DNA from: Myxococcota bacterium
GTDB lineage: Bacteria; Myxococcota_A; UBA9160; SZUA-336
Length of the DNA: 64,000 nt
NCBI GenBank assembly: GCA_965247115.1
Contig: CBDFGR010000003.1
Span: forward strand, 1,216,001-1,280,000
Reading direction: 5' to 3'
The position numbers and the translations under genes were made by a program. Below the pieces are notes generated by a model. That model searched no databases. It was not told where the DNA came from and saw only the letters and a list, made by a program, of their open reading frames with translations. Shown here piece by piece: positions 36,453-46,787 of this stretch; the stretch's first letter is position 1; the number at the start of each line of letters is the position of its first letter.

Positions 36453-38786
36453 ATGTGGCGGCCCGGGAACAAGCTAGTTCACCCCTTTAACCCTGAGCTC
36501 GGCACCGGACTGGTTGTGGAGGTGTCAGGGCGCTTCCTCAAGGTCTACTTCCCGGCGGTCGAGCGGGAGATCACCCTGGCCGGGGAGGGAGCGGGCCTCG
36601 AGCCGCTCATCCTTCCGCCAGGCGCGCGCGCCCGCATCCTCGAAAGCGGCGACGAGGTCGAAATCGCGGGGTGGGACGGGGATGCGTACACCACGAGTGA
36701 CGGTCGAGTCGTAGGGGATGCGGAGCTCTGGCCGGTCGACACCTCCAACTCACCGCTGGAGCGACTCGCCCAGCTGCGCCTGGACCGCCTGGGGGCGCTG
36801 CGAAACCGGCTCGAGGGCCTCCGGCTGATCCAGATACGCGAGGCCGGAGGGCTCGGGAGCCTGCTCGGGGGCAGGATCGAGCTCTTCCCGCACCAGCTTC
36901 ACACCGCGCTCGTGGCGCTTTCGCAGGACCCGGTGCGCTGGCTGCTCGCGGACGAGGTCGGGCTCGGCAAGACCGTGGTCGCCAGCTTGATCCTCTCCTC
37001 ACTTGTCCGAACCGGGCGCGCCCAGCGCGCGCTCGTGATCGCACCAGAGACGCTGACGGTGCAGTGGCTCGGCGAGCTGTACCGCAAGTTCCACCAGGTC
37101 TTCGTGCTGCTCGATCCCGAGCGAATCGAGAGCGTCACGCGGGACTACGAGGAGGACGCGAACGCGTTCGACGTTCACCCCTTCGGGGTGATCTCCGCGG
37201 ACCTTCTCGCCGCGGACCCCGAGCTCGCGGCTCAGGCCCACAAGGTGGATCTCGACCTCGTCGTGGTCGATGAGGCGCATCGCCTGGCGAACCCCGAGGT
37301 CGAGACCGTCGTAGCGCCGCTCATCAAGCGCGCCAAGCACGCCCTGCTACTGACGGCAACGCCGCTCGCGGCCGACCGCAGGGGCTTCTACCGGCTGCTC
37401 GCGCTCCTGCAGCCCGAGCACTTCGGCTCCTTCGAGGACTTCGAGCAGAGGCTCGCGTCCGGCGAGGCCGCCTTCTCCTGTACGAGCGCGGTGCGGCGGG
37501 AAGACCTGGGCAGCTGGCCCCCGCGCCGAGCTCTCGCCATCGACCTCCCCGCCACACGGAAGGAGCCGAAGAACGATCCGCGCGCGGGGTGGATCGCGGC
37601 CCAGACGCGGAGCTGGCTCGAGAAGGGCGAGAAAGTACTGGTCTTCATTCACGAGACGAAGACGCTCGAGAAGCTGAAGAAGTTCCTCGAGGCCGAGACT
37701 CGGACGCGCGTGTCCGTGTTCCACCAGGCCCTGAACACGGCCCAGCGCGACATCGAGGTCGCGCGCTTCCGCGAGTCGAACACGCCCCTGCTCCTCGTCT
37801 CCGAGGCGGGAACGGAAGGCCGGAATTTCCAGTTCTGCGATCGGATGATCCACTACGACCTGCCGACCGATCCCGTATTGCTCGAACAGCGCATCGGAAG
37901 GCTCGACCGCATTGGACGCAGCAAGGACGTGGAGATCGTCTACTTCCGCTGCGAGAGGGCGCGACCCGACCTGGCGCCCCTGTTCGAACGTCTGGACCTG
38001 TTCGAGCGGCCCTCCGCGGGCCTCGACGCCGCGCTGGCACCCGTCACCGCGGCGATCGAGGAGGCGGCCCTGCCGAGAAAGTCCCTGGACATCGACGCGC
38101 TCGTCGCGCGTGTGGAGGCGGAGCGCGAGGTCTCACTCGACGTTCTCCGCGTCTTCTACAGCGACGCGTACAACGTCTCGCAGGAAGAGAAGATCCTGGC
38201 GCTCGTACCCGAAGAGCTGGAGCAGCGCACCCGCCGCTTCTGCCTCGGCGCAGCAAACAACCTCGGCATGAAGATCGTCGATAAGGGCGGCGAGGCCCTC
38301 TACTACCTGGAGCTGGGCGCGTCCCTGACGGTCGAGTCCCTGCCGGGCGTTCCCGAGGGATCCCGCTGGCTCGGTACCTTCGACCGAGGGGAGGCGGTCG
38401 ACAAGGAGGAGCTCGACTTCTACGCGAGCGGTCATCCCCTGGTCGAGGGCCTCCTCCTCGAGCTGGAGGACGGTCCGCGAGGCCGAGCCGCACTGTGCGA
38501 GATTCCCGACGCGGAGGAGACGGGGGCCGGATTGCTCCTGGTGTTCCGCGAGGGGCCCGAATGGAGCGCAGTCGTAGTCGACGACTCGGGGAAGCTGCGG
38601 CCCGACGTGGCGACGAAGCTCATCGAGGGTCTGGGCGAGGCCAAGCCAGTCGATCCCCAGGAGTGGAACCTGGACGCCGGCTGGGCCGATGCCATCCGCG
38701 AGCTGGGCGAGCAAGCTCTCGGCAGCTTTGACGGCGCCGCACCCGATCTGGAGCTCGTGCTCTTCTTCCGCTGGATTCCGGCCTAG
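36453..38786 (+). CDS. RapA/HepA-like SNF2 helicase
   Basis: LLADEVGLGKT, DEAH, LLLTATP, EGRNFQF, EQRIGRLDRIG. Confidence 0.9.
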   Translation: MWRPGNKLVHPFNPELGTGLVVEVSGRFLKVYFPAVEREITLAGEGAGLEPLILPPGARARILESGDEVEIAGWDGDAYTTSDGRVVGDAELWPVDTSNSPLERLAQLRLDRLGALRNRLEGLRLIQIREAGGLGSLLGGRIELFPHQLHTALVALSQDPVRWLLADEVGLGKTVVASLILSSLVRTGRAQRALVIAPETLTVQWLGELYRKFHQVFVLLDPERIESVTRDYEEDANAFDVHPFGVISADLLAADPELAAQAHKVDLDLVVVDEAHRLANPEVETVVAPLIKRAKHALLLTATPLAADRRGFYRLLALLQPEHFGSFEDFEQRLASGEAAFSCTSAVRREDLGSWPPRRALAIDLPATRKEPKNDPRAGWIAAQTRSWLEKGEKVLVFIHETKTLEKLKKFLEAETRTRVSVFHQALNTAQRDIEVARFRESNTPLLLVSEAGTEGRNFQFCDRMIHYDLPTDPVLLEQRIGRLDRIGRSKDVEIVYFRCERARPDLAPLFERLDLFERPSAGLDAALAPVTAAIEEAALPRKSLDIDALVARVEAEREVSLDVLRVFYSDAYNVSQEEKILALVPEELEQRTRRFCLGAANNLGMKIVDKGGEALYYLELGASLTVESLPGVPEGSRWLGTFDRGEAVDKEELDFYASGHPLVEGLLLELEDGPRGRAALCEIPDAEETGAGLLLVFREGPEWSAVVVDDSGKLRPDVATKLIEGLGEAKPVDPQEWNLDAGWADAIRELGEQALGSFDGAAPDLELVLFFRWIPA

Positions 38787-39589
38787 CCTGCCGCCGCGGC
38801 CAGCTGGCGCAGGCGTTCGGTGGCGATGGCGGACACCGCAGCTTGCAGATTGTAGCAGGGGATGAAGCCGGCCATCGGGATTCGGATCTTGGCGTGGCAA
38901 CGCTCCAGGATCTCGGGAGCGATCCCGCCGTTCTCCCCGCCCACGACAAACAGGCGCGGCCCGCAGAGATCGAGCTCCCAGGGCGCACGCTCGCCCGCCT
39001 CGTCGATGGCGTAGATCCCGTGGCCCGCGGCCTCAGCGCACGCAAGGATGTCCCAGGTCCGGTCCCAGTGCACGGGCATGAACTTGTCAGCGCGCATGGA
39101 GGCGCGCAGCGCCGCTTTGCGGCCCTCGCCATCGAACTTCGCGTCGACAACGACCCCCTCGGCACCCGAGACCTCCGCGGTTCGCACGACCATGCCCACA
39201 TTGCCAGGGTAGGCAACGCCCACGAGGAGCCAGCAGGCGCCCCCGGCGGCGATCATCTCGCCGACCCCTGCGCCGGGATCGCGCCCGACCAGCGCCAGGA
39301 CAGCGGCCATCCCGTCGACACTGAGTCGTGTCACTGCGCGCCGGCTCGTCTGGCGGACCGGGATCCGGAGCCGTTCCGCCTGCTCCAGCACGCCCTTGAT
39401 GTCGACCTCCGGCGCATCCCGCGCCACGAGGATCAGCCGCACCGCTGCGCCCTTCGTAAGCGCTGACTCGATGGCCGCGGCGCCAGGAATCTGGTAAACG
39501 CGGGGCTCCACGCCGAGAGGGTAGTGTCCCCGAGCCGGGAGTGTCGACACCTGGGCGGCGGCTGGGCGCGGAGCTTCAGTACTCCGCAC
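38783..39589 (-). CDS. TrmH/SpoU RNA methyltransferase
   Basis: PGNVGM..RTA, VGGENGGI, IPM.G...YNL. Confidence 0.88.
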   Translation of the reverse strand: MRSTEAPRPAAAQVSTLPARGHYPLGVEPRVYQIPGAAAIESALTKGAAVRLILVARDAPEVDIKGVLEQAERLRIPVRQTSRRAVTRLSVDGMAAVLALVGRDPGAGVGEMIAAGGACWLLVGVAYPGNVGMVVRTAEVSGAEGVVVDAKFDGEGRKAALRASMRADKFMPVHWDRTWDILACAEAAGHGIYAIDEAGERAPWELDLCGPRLFVVGGENGGIAPEILERCHAKIRIPMAGFIPCYNLQAAVSAIATERLRQLAAAAG

Positions 39590-41579
39590 TCACACCAACG
39601 AAGCCTGCGAATCCCGAGCTCTGGAACCCGTGGGGGTCGTCGTACTCGCGGTCGAAGAGGTTTTCGATGCGGGAGAACAGCGTCCAGTGCCGGGAGAGTT
39701 CGAACGTGCCGGCCAGATTCACCACTGTGTAGCCGCCGAGCGAGATCCGGGCCCCCACCGGCGAGTTGGCATCGATGTCCTTGCGGTGACCGATGTAGCG
39801 CACCCCGAGGCTCACTGTCGAGCGCCGCCCAGGGCGCAGCTCGAGCGTGCCGAGGAGCGTGTGGGCCGGACGCCGTAGCAAGTCCTCGCCGCTGTCTAGA
39901 TCCTCGGCGCTCAGGTAGACGTGGTCCAAACGAAGGAAGACCCTGTCCCTGACTCGAACCGAGAGGGAGGACTCGAAGCCGTCCGTCTTTGCCCGCCCGA
40001 CGTTCCGCAGTGTCGTGAAGTCGGCGGTCGCCGCGATCAGGTTGCGGATCCGGTTCTGGAAGTAGGTGACGCCGACGCGCACGAGATCGCCAAAGAGTGG
40101 CTGCTCCACTCCGAGCTCCCACCCGCGACTGCGCTCCGGCTGGAGATCCGGGTTGCCGACGGAGAGCGAGGTGAAGAACGGGCTCGTGAAGACCGACACT
40201 CCGAAGAGATCATCGAGCGAGGGGGCCTTGAAGCCCGTGCCGATGCTGCCGTGGACCTTGGTGCCCGAGTCGGGGTGCACGTAGGCGACGGCCGTTCGGT
40301 AGGTAAGTTCCGAGCCGAACTCGTCGTGGTGCTCGAGGCGCCCCCCCACGACCCCGAAGACGTCACCGAACGTGAACTGCTCCTGCCCGAATACAGCACT
40401 CGAGCGCTGTGAGGCATGGCCACCCTTGGTGAACACGCCGAAGGCCGAGACCGACTCGAGCGAGGAGTCGATCGTCTCCCGCTCGGTCTCCAGCCCGAAC
40501 GTGAGCACGTGCTCCGGAGTAACAGTGAAATCGTGCTGCCAATCGAGCTTTAGTCGCCCGCCGTCGTGCGACTCGATCGAGGAGCCGAGCCCGGGTGGGT
40601 CGGCGTCGTCGAGCTCCTTCCGGTCGTGGTCGCTGAAGGAGACTCCAAGGCGCTGGCGCCACTTCCCATCGAGCAGCTCGAGCCGGCCCTCGGTGCGGAG
40701 GAAGAGCTGGCGTGTCTGGTTGCGGTTGTTCCGGTCCTCGAAGAACGGGTCAAGCTCGTTGTCAGTGTCGACGAAGCGCCCGACGAGCGAGATCTCGCTT
40801 GTGTCCGTGGGCGTGAAGCCGACTCTGCCCGAGAGCGTTCGGTTATCGTACCCGTCCCGCTCGTGCGCACCGCGGTCTTCGGCGACCGCTGTGTGCCCAC
40901 GCGTGTGCAGCGTCGTATAGCTGAGCGAGTAGTTCACAAGGTCATGACTCCCGCGAAGCGCGGTCGCCTGCTGGAACGTGTGGCGCGCGCCCGCCTCCCC
41001 CCAGGCCGTTAGTCGCGGCTTGCCGCGACCCTTGCGCGTGACGACGTTGATCACACCGCCGATGGCGTCGGAGCCGTAGAGCGTACTGAGCGGTCCGCGC
41101 ATCACCTCGACCCGCTCCACGTCCTCGGTCAGCAGGTGCGCGGGGTCGAATACGCCGCCAGGGAGGCTCGGGTCGGAGACCTCGATGCCGTCGAGCAGCA
41201 CGAGCGTGTGGTTCGACTCGGTGCCCCGGATGAAGATCGAGGTCTGCTTGCCAGTTCCCCCTGCCTGCGCCACCTGCACGCCGGGCACCGTGCGGAGCAC
41301 ATCGGTCAGTGTGCGGAGGCCTTTCCTCTCGATCTGGCTGCGTTGAATGACGGTGATCGATCCAGCCACGTGATCGACCGGAATCTCCATGCGGCGAGGC
41401 GCGCTGGCCATGGCAGGCTCGGTCGAGATCCCCATCACGCGCGACGAGGACGGAACGTCCGGCGGATCGGGCTCCGCGGCCGGCGCGAGCCGGGGCGCGA
41501 GAGCCATGAGTGCGGCGCTGAGGATGCAAGGAAGACAGGGACTACGCTTGGGCCCGCGGTCGGCCAATGGGGATCGCAT
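39576..41579 (-). CDS. btuB: TonB-dependent receptor, BtuB-like
   Basis: Plug motifs IRG..SNH.LVL.DG and GP.S.LYGSDAIGGVINV; terminal aromatic residue; upstream B12 riboswitch. Confidence 0.85.
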   Translation of the reverse strand: MRSPLADRGPKRSPCLPCILSAALMALAPRLAPAAEPDPPDVPSSSRVMGISTEPAMASAPRRMEIPVDHVAGSITVIQRSQIERKGLRTLTDVLRTVPGVQVAQAGGTGKQTSIFIRGTESNHTLVLLDGIEVSDPSLPGGVFDPAHLLTEDVERVEVMRGPLSTLYGSDAIGGVINVVTRKGRGKPRLTAWGEAGARHTFQQATALRGSHDLVNYSLSYTTLHTRGHTAVAEDRGAHERDGYDNRTLSGRVGFTPTDTSEISLVGRFVDTDNELDPFFEDRNNRNQTRQLFLRTEGRLELLDGKWRQRLGVSFSDHDRKELDDADPPGLGSSIESHDGGRLKLDWQHDFTVTPEHVLTFGLETERETIDSSLESVSAFGVFTKGGHASQRSSAVFGQEQFTFGDVFGVVGGRLEHHDEFGSELTYRTAVAYVHPDSGTKVHGSIGTGFKAPSLDDLFGVSVFTSPFFTSLSVGNPDLQPERSRGWELGVEQPLFGDLVRVGVTYFQNRIRNLIAATADFTTLRNVGRAKTDGFESSLSVRVRDRVFLRLDHVYLSAEDLDSGEDLLRRPAHTLLGTLELRPGRRSTVSLGVRYIGHRKDIDANSPVGARISLGGYTVVNLAGTFELSRHWTLFSRIENLFDREYDDPHGFQSSGFAGFVGVSAEY

Positions 41580-41674
41580 CGTCGGTTCCTCCGTAGTCGG
41601 TGTGGTTGGCTCACCGTCACCGAAACGGAAGGTCCGCCCCTCGAGATGCCCCGGCTCGCGGGTAGGTGACGCGC

Positions 41675-41844
41675 GACGGCAGGTCTCCTGGCTCGCGGGT
41701 CACGGCCTTCGCCCCACCTTCCCGGATCTCCAGTGGTGTGTTGGAGCGAGGGCTCGCCGCTTACAGTTGCGGGGACAGCCACGGCCTTGGCCGGCTTCTT
41801 ACCGGACGCACCGTGTTCCCTTTCAATCCCTAGCGGGAACCGTC
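41675..41844 (-). ncRNA. Cobalamin riboswitch
   Basis: AAAAGGGAACACGGTG...GCTGTCCCCGCAACTGTAA...CCACTG...GGGAAGG...AGCCAGGAGACCTGCC B12 box. Confidence 0.95.
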
Positions 41845-41876
41845 AGGCCGAGCCTATTCCGGCGGCCCTCCGCGCG

Positions 41877-43088
41877 TCAACTATCTTCTGCAGAAGCCTC
41901 GACGGCGGCGAGAGCAGCTCGACTCGAGATGCCGGTGGAGCGACGGCCGGAACGGATGCCGTTGCGGTCGTGGCCGTTCGTGCAGTAGCCGAGCGAGATC
42001 CCCGTCGCGGGATCCGCCCAGCCGATCTGTCCACCAGCCCCGCCGTGGCCGAACGCGAGCTCGGAATTCGTGTGCCCGAAGCCGCGCGCGTTGCGGCTCT
42101 CGTCACCGGCGATGACCACGCCGAGCGCGCGATGGACCAGGTGGCCCATCAGCTCGTCTCGAAGCTCTCCGGTGCGAACCTCGAGCGCCGAGCGCAGCGT
42201 GGCAGGCTGCCAGATCTGCTCGCCGTCCAAGGACGTGCCGTTGTTGACCAGCCCCTGGTAGAAGAGAGCCAGCTCGGCCGCGGTCATCGTTCCACCACCA
42301 CCGGGGATTCCGGCCTCGCGCACCTCGGGCAAGTTGAAGCTGAGAATGGCCTCCTCCGTCACCTCGGTCAGCGGCGGCGGCGGAACGCCGAGCGCGCGAT
42401 AATCCGCGTCGGTAAGCGCTTCGCCCACGTGGACGCAGTCCGCAACCCTGCCGTGGAGCTCCCGCGGCAGTCCCACCCAGAGATCGTCCAGCCCGAGGGG
42501 CTCCGCGATCCGCCCGCGGATGAACTCGCCGTAGGCGATGCCGGAGCGGCGCTCGATGATCTCCGCGATCACATACATGCTGGAAGTCGCGTGGTACTCG
42601 AAGCGACTGCCCGGCTCCCAGTTGAGCTCCCACTCTGCAAAGCGCTCCAGTCGCCGCTCGCGGTCGAGGAACTCTGAGAGCCGGAACGGCGCGTGCGGAA
42701 AGCCTGCCGTGTGCGTGAAGAGCTGCTCCACCCGGATCCCGCCCTTGCCGTTCGTTCCGAACTCGGGAACGATGTCGGCCACGATCTCGTCGGTGCCGAG
42801 CTTGCCCTCCTGCATCAAGAGCCACCCCGCTGCCGAGGTCAGCGCCTTGGTGGAAGAGAACACACAATAGAGCGTCTCGTTCGTCGCCTCCGCCTCGCGG
42901 CCAGCATGCATCACGGTCCCGAAGGTGCGCATCCCGGCAATCCGGCCGTTCCGAGCGATCGCAATCTGCGCCGACGGAAGCAGCCCCTCACGCACCTCTT
43001 TCTCGGCCCGCGCGAACAGCTCCTCGAGCTTCCCCGAAGCGATTCCCACGTCTTCCGGCTTCTCTGCAAGAAACTCAGGGTTGACCAT
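41877..43088 (-). CDS. Serine hydrolase, beta-lactamase-related family
   Basis: FSSTK (SxxK), LFTHTAG, FEYH, FGHGG. Confidence 0.9.
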   Translation of the reverse strand: MVNPEFLAEKPEDVGIASGKLEELFARAEKEVREGLLPSAQIAIARNGRIAGMRTFGTVMHAGREAEATNETLYCVFSSTKALTSAAGWLLMQEGKLGTDEIVADIVPEFGTNGKGGIRVEQLFTHTAGFPHAPFRLSEFLDRERRLERFAEWELNWEPGSRFEYHATSSMYVIAEIIERRSGIAYGEFIRGRIAEPLGLDDLWVGLPRELHGRVADCVHVGEALTDADYRALGVPPPPLTEVTEEAILSFNLPEVREAGIPGGGGTMTAAELALFYQGLVNNGTSLDGEQIWQPATLRSALEVRTGELRDELMGHLVHRALGVVIAGDESRNARGFGHTNSELAFGHGGAGGQIGWADPATGISLGYCTNGHDRNGIRSGRRSTGISSRAALAAVEASAEDS

Positions 43089-43121
43089 GGCTCGAGATTA
43101 CCATGTGGGAATCAGCTGGGA

Positions 43122-43233
43122 GTCGGAGGTCGGGAACGTCCCCCGGGGGACTGTGGTAGCGGTATCCGAGGCGAAGAAGACCTCTGAGCACGCAGGGAGC
43201 GGAGTCCGCCGGGGGACGTTCCCGACCTTCGAC
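43122..43233. repeat. Inverted pair of repeat module C
   Basis: GTCGGAGGTCGGGAACGTCCCCCGG / CCGGGGGACGTTCCCGACCTTCGAC, 25-bp arms with 1 mismatch. Confidence 0.8.
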
Positions 43234-43247
43234 GGCGTGGGAAATCC

Positions 43248-44474
43248 CTACGCCTCGTCACCGGTGCCTCGCTTGATCTGAGAGGTCAGACCCGCACGCT
43301 CGACCTCGCCGACGCCACGAGCCAGGGAGCGATACCCGAAGCGGTCCTGGATCTCGTCGACGACGCGGTTCAGCCGGCCGCGGATCTCCCGGTCGGGGCC
43401 GGTCTCGTCCTGGAAGCTCAGCTGGGAGCCGACGGGCACTTCGATGTGCGAGACGGAGACGCCGAGCAAACGGACAGGCTCGCGCAGGGCCGCCCTGGCG
43501 AGCAGGCTGCGTCCGACGCGCGCGAGCTCCACACCATCGTCGGTCGGCTCGCGTAGCATTGCCGAACGTGTGAGCAGTGGGTACTTCCCTGCACCGAGGC
43601 CGCGGGCCAGCTTGAGCTTGACGGTCACTCCGCGGCCGCGCACGCCGTCGCGCCGGAGCCTCCGTGCGACCGCCTCGGCGTGCAGGCGTATCACCTTCTC
43701 CAGCTCGGCGTGATCGCCCACGTCGCGCTCGAACGTGTTCTCCTCGCTATAGGACTTGGCCGCTCGATAGGGCTCGACCTCGCGCGAATCCTCTCCGCGC
43801 GCCAGGCGCGCCGCCTCCAGGCCCCAGCTTCCGAGCACGCCACCGAGGCGCTCGTTGGGGGCTCGCGCGAGATCTCCGATCGTGCGGATCCCGATCCGTT
43901 CGAGTCGAGCGCGGGCAGCGGGACCGATCCCCCAGATCCTCCCGACGGGAAGCGGATCCAGAAACTCGCCGAGCTCACCCTGGTTGACCTGGAGCAGACC
44001 ATCCGGCTTGGCCAGGTCGCTGGCGATCTTCGCCACCATCTTCACGGGTGCGATCCCGACAGAGACCGCGAGCTCGGTCTCCGCGCGCACGTCAGCACGC
44101 AGCTTGCGACCGACCTCGGCAGGCGGGCCGAGCAGCTGCTCCGTACCGGTCAGATCGAGGAAGGCCTCGTCGAGCGACAGACCTTCGACGCTCGGCGTGA
44201 AGCGCCGGAAGATCTCGAAGATGCGCCGGCTCTCGCGACGGTACTGGGCCATGCGCCCGGGCACGAAGATCAGCTCGGGACAGCGCTGCCGTGCCTCTAC
44301 CGACGGCATCGCGGAGTGGATGCCGAACTTCCGCGCCTCGTAGCTGGCCGCCGAGACGACGCCACGCGCCGACGGCCCGCCGACGACTACGGGCTTGCCG
44401 CGCAGTGAGGGATCGTCGCGCTGCTCCACGGCCGCGTAGAAGGCGTCCATGTCGGCATGGAGAACGGTCCCCAA
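43248..44474 (-). CDS. dinB: DNA polymerase IV
   Basis: HADMDAFYAAVE, SYEARKFG, SLDEAFLD, AKIASD..KPDG. Confidence 0.95.
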   Translation of the reverse strand: MGTVLHADMDAFYAAVEQRDDPSLRGKPVVVGGPSARGVVSAASYEARKFGIHSAMPSVEARQRCPELIFVPGRMAQYRRESRRIFEIFRRFTPSVEGLSLDEAFLDLTGTEQLLGPPAEVGRKLRADVRAETELAVSVGIAPVKMVAKIASDLAKPDGLLQVNQGELGEFLDPLPVGRIWGIGPAARARLERIGIRTIGDLARAPNERLGGVLGSWGLEAARLARGEDSREVEPYRAAKSYSEENTFERDVGDHAELEKVIRLHAEAVARRLRRDGVRGRGVTVKLKLARGLGAGKYPLLTRSAMLREPTDDGVELARVGRSLLARAALREPVRLLGVSVSHIEVPVGSQLSFQDETGPDREIRGRLNRVVDEIQDRFGYRSLARGVGEVERAGLTSQIKRGTGDEA

Positions 44475-44484
44475 AATCCCTCGC

Positions 44485-45273
44485 TCAGTTCCCTCCCAGG
44501 ATCAGCGGCAGGCCGTCGGGTCCCGATCCGATCACGACCACCTTCGCGTTGGCGCTGCTCGAGAGGCTTTCCGTGGCCTCGATCCCCTTCCAGCGCAGCA
44601 GGTCGGCGGTCAGCCCCTGCGAGACGATCTTCTGGAACTCCGCGATGCCCTCGGCCTCGATGGCCTTGCGCTGCGCCTCCTGGCGCTCGCGGGCGAGCGT
44701 GAAGACCATCTTCTCGGAGCGCTGCTCCTCCTCGAGCTTCTCGGAGATCGCGATCCGCAGCTTCTCTGGCAGCTCCACGTTGCGAATCAGGATGGCCTCG
44801 ACGATCACGTGCTTGTCCTCGAGCGCCGTCTCGATCCCCCCTATGATCGCGGTCTCGACCTCCTGGCGCTTGGTGGAATAGATCTCTTCCGGCGTGAACT
44901 GGCCGACGATCTTGCGCACCTCGGCGCGGATCGTCGGCTTGATGATCTTGGCGTAGTAGTTGGGGCCGATCTCCTGGTGTAGCGGGGGGAGCTCCGCAGC
45001 CATCGGCCGGAACCGGATCGAGACATCGAGGCCCACCGAGAGCCCGTTGCTCGCGAGGATGCTGAGCCGTTCCGGACCGTCCTGCACTCGGACGTCGTAG
45101 ACGTACATGGTGTCCCAGGGCCAGACGCGGTGAATGCCCTCCCCGAAGAAGCCCTGCTGCGTCCCCCCAAAGAGCTTGAAGAGCACTCCCTGGTGACCCG
45201 ACTCGATTCGAACGCAGCCCCCGCTGACGAGCGCCACCAGTACCCATAGAGTCGCCTTTCGGAACTTCATCAT
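44485..45273 (-). CDS. SPFH/prohibitin family membrane protein
   Basis: G..GV.F...G, EG.H..WPW, C-terminal AE.EG coiled coil. Confidence 0.88.
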   Translation of the reverse strand: MMKFRKATLWVLVALVSGGCVRIESGHQGVLFKLFGGTQQGFFGEGIHRVWPWDTMYVYDVRVQDGPERLSILASNGLSVGLDVSIRFRPMAAELPPLHQEIGPNYYAKIIKPTIRAEVRKIVGQFTPEEIYSTKRQEVETAIIGGIETALEDKHVIVEAILIRNVELPEKLRIAISEKLEEEQRSEKMVFTLARERQEAQRKAIEAEGIAEFQKIVSQGLTADLLRWKGIEATESLSSSANAKVVVIGSGPDGLPLILGGN

Positions 45274-45453
45274 TCCTCCTCGTCCGGAGACGTGCCGCGG
45301 TCGCGCCGCCCAGGGGCATTGCGGCAGGTCTCGGATTCTAGCGCCCAGAGAGCGTGACGCGAAGCGACTCCCACGTCTAGTGCAGGCAGCGCCTTTCCGC
45401 TCTTCGACGCCCCGATCGAGCGCGATCCCGCTCCTGCTCGGTACGCTGACCCG

Positions 45454-46290
45454 ATGGCAGGAGACCCGCGCCACACACCCGCGGCTCCCGATCCGCAGGC
45501 GGCGTCGATCGACACGCAGCTGACCCCGTCAGGCACGGCCTTCGCGGCGGTGGCCCACGAGATCAACAACCCGATCACGTACGTGCTCGGAAACCTGGCG
45601 GAGCTGGAACGGCTCACCGCAGCGATGCGGGAGGTCATCGTGTCCTATCGCGAGCTCTCGCGCGGCAGCGCGCAGGGGGATGCGGCAGGCGTGATCGCCG
45701 GCATCGAGGCAAAGCTCGAGCAGTGTGGGGGAATCGCGTTGCTCGACGAGCTGCTCGCCGACACGCTCGAGGGGGCGCGCCGCATTCGCGACCTGGTTCG
45801 AGATCTGGACGCGGCGACTCGAGGAGCCGAGCTTCACAAAGAGGTGCTCGACGTAGCGCAGGTCATCGACTCGAGTCTGCGCCTGGTCGCGCCGCACTTC
45901 CCGCGTCCCGCCGAGCTCGAGCGCGACTATCGCGCGACGCGCTTCGTCCGGGCAGATCGCATGAAGCTCGATCAGGTGCTCCTCAACCTGCTCACTAACG
46001 CGGCCGATGCCTGTGCCGAGTCGGACAAGCCCTGCATCCGCATTCGTACCCGAGACTGTGACGGCGGCGTCGCGATCGAGATCGAAGACACGGGTCCAGG
46101 CGTCTGCGAAAGCACGCGTTCCCAGCTCTTTACTCCGTTCTTCACCACGAAGCAGCCTGGCGCCGGTACCGGGCTCGGGCTGTACATCAGCCGCCGCATC
46201 GTCGAAGAGCACGGCGGCTCCATCGGATTTCGCTGCCCGGAGTCCGGGGGTACCATCTTCTCTGTCTACCTGCCGGTCGAGGAGGCGTGA
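45454..46290 (+). CDS. Cytoplasmic histidine kinase (HisKA + HATPase only)
   Basis: VAHEINNP, NLLTNA, DTGPG, FFTTK..G.GTGLGL. Confidence 0.88.
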   Translation: MAGDPRHTPAAPDPQAASIDTQLTPSGTAFAAVAHEINNPITYVLGNLAELERLTAAMREVIVSYRELSRGSAQGDAAGVIAGIEAKLEQCGGIALLDELLADTLEGARRIRDLVRDLDAATRGAELHKEVLDVAQVIDSSLRLVAPHFPRPAELERDYRATRFVRADRMKLDQVLLNLLTNAADACAESDKPCIRIRTRDCDGGVAIEIEDTGPGVCESTRSQLFTPFFTTKQPGAGTGLGLYISRRIVEEHGGSIGFRCPESGGTIFSVYLPVEEA

Positions 46291-46778
46291 TGGCCAGCCG
46301 AGTGACAGAGCTTCCCGGAGTCGGAACCAAGCACAGCATCGATCTCCCGGGGGGCGACGAGCTCGTCATCGTCGAGCACCGGGCCGGGCACTGGGAGCTC
46401 GCTCGGGTCGACACGGCCGGAAACACGACGCCGCTGATCCAGCTCCGCGGGCGCGAGGCCGGGGAGCTGGGCCGCATTCTCTCGCGCAGTGAGGTCCAGA
46501 AGGAGGACCCGCGCAAGCGCCTGCTCCTGGAGGAGTTCGGTCTCGAGTGGCTCAAGCTCGAAGAGGACTCGGCCCTGATCGGTGCCACACTCCAGAGCTC
46601 GGAGATCCGCGCGCGCACGGGCGTGAACGTGATCGCCGTGCTGCGAGAAGAGGGCTCGATCCTGAGCCCACCTCCCGACCAGCAGATCGAGTCGGGCGAC
46701 ACGCTCGTGGTCATGGGACACCGTGACCAGGTGGACCAGTTTCTCTCCAGCTTCTCCACGCTTCGCACCCAGGACTAG
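46287..46778 (+). CDS. KhtT-like cation:proton antiporter regulatory subunit (RCK_C)
   Basis: LPGVG.K N-terminus, IRARTGVNVIAV.R, GDTLVV.G. Confidence 0.85.
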   Translation: MMASRVTELPGVGTKHSIDLPGGDELVIVEHRAGHWELARVDTAGNTTPLIQLRGREAGELGRILSRSEVQKEDPRKRLLLEEFGLEWLKLEEDSALIGATLQSSEIRARTGVNVIAVLREEGSILSPPPDQQIESGDTLVVMGHRDQVDQFLSSFSTLRTQD

Positions 46779-46787
46779 CCAGACGAC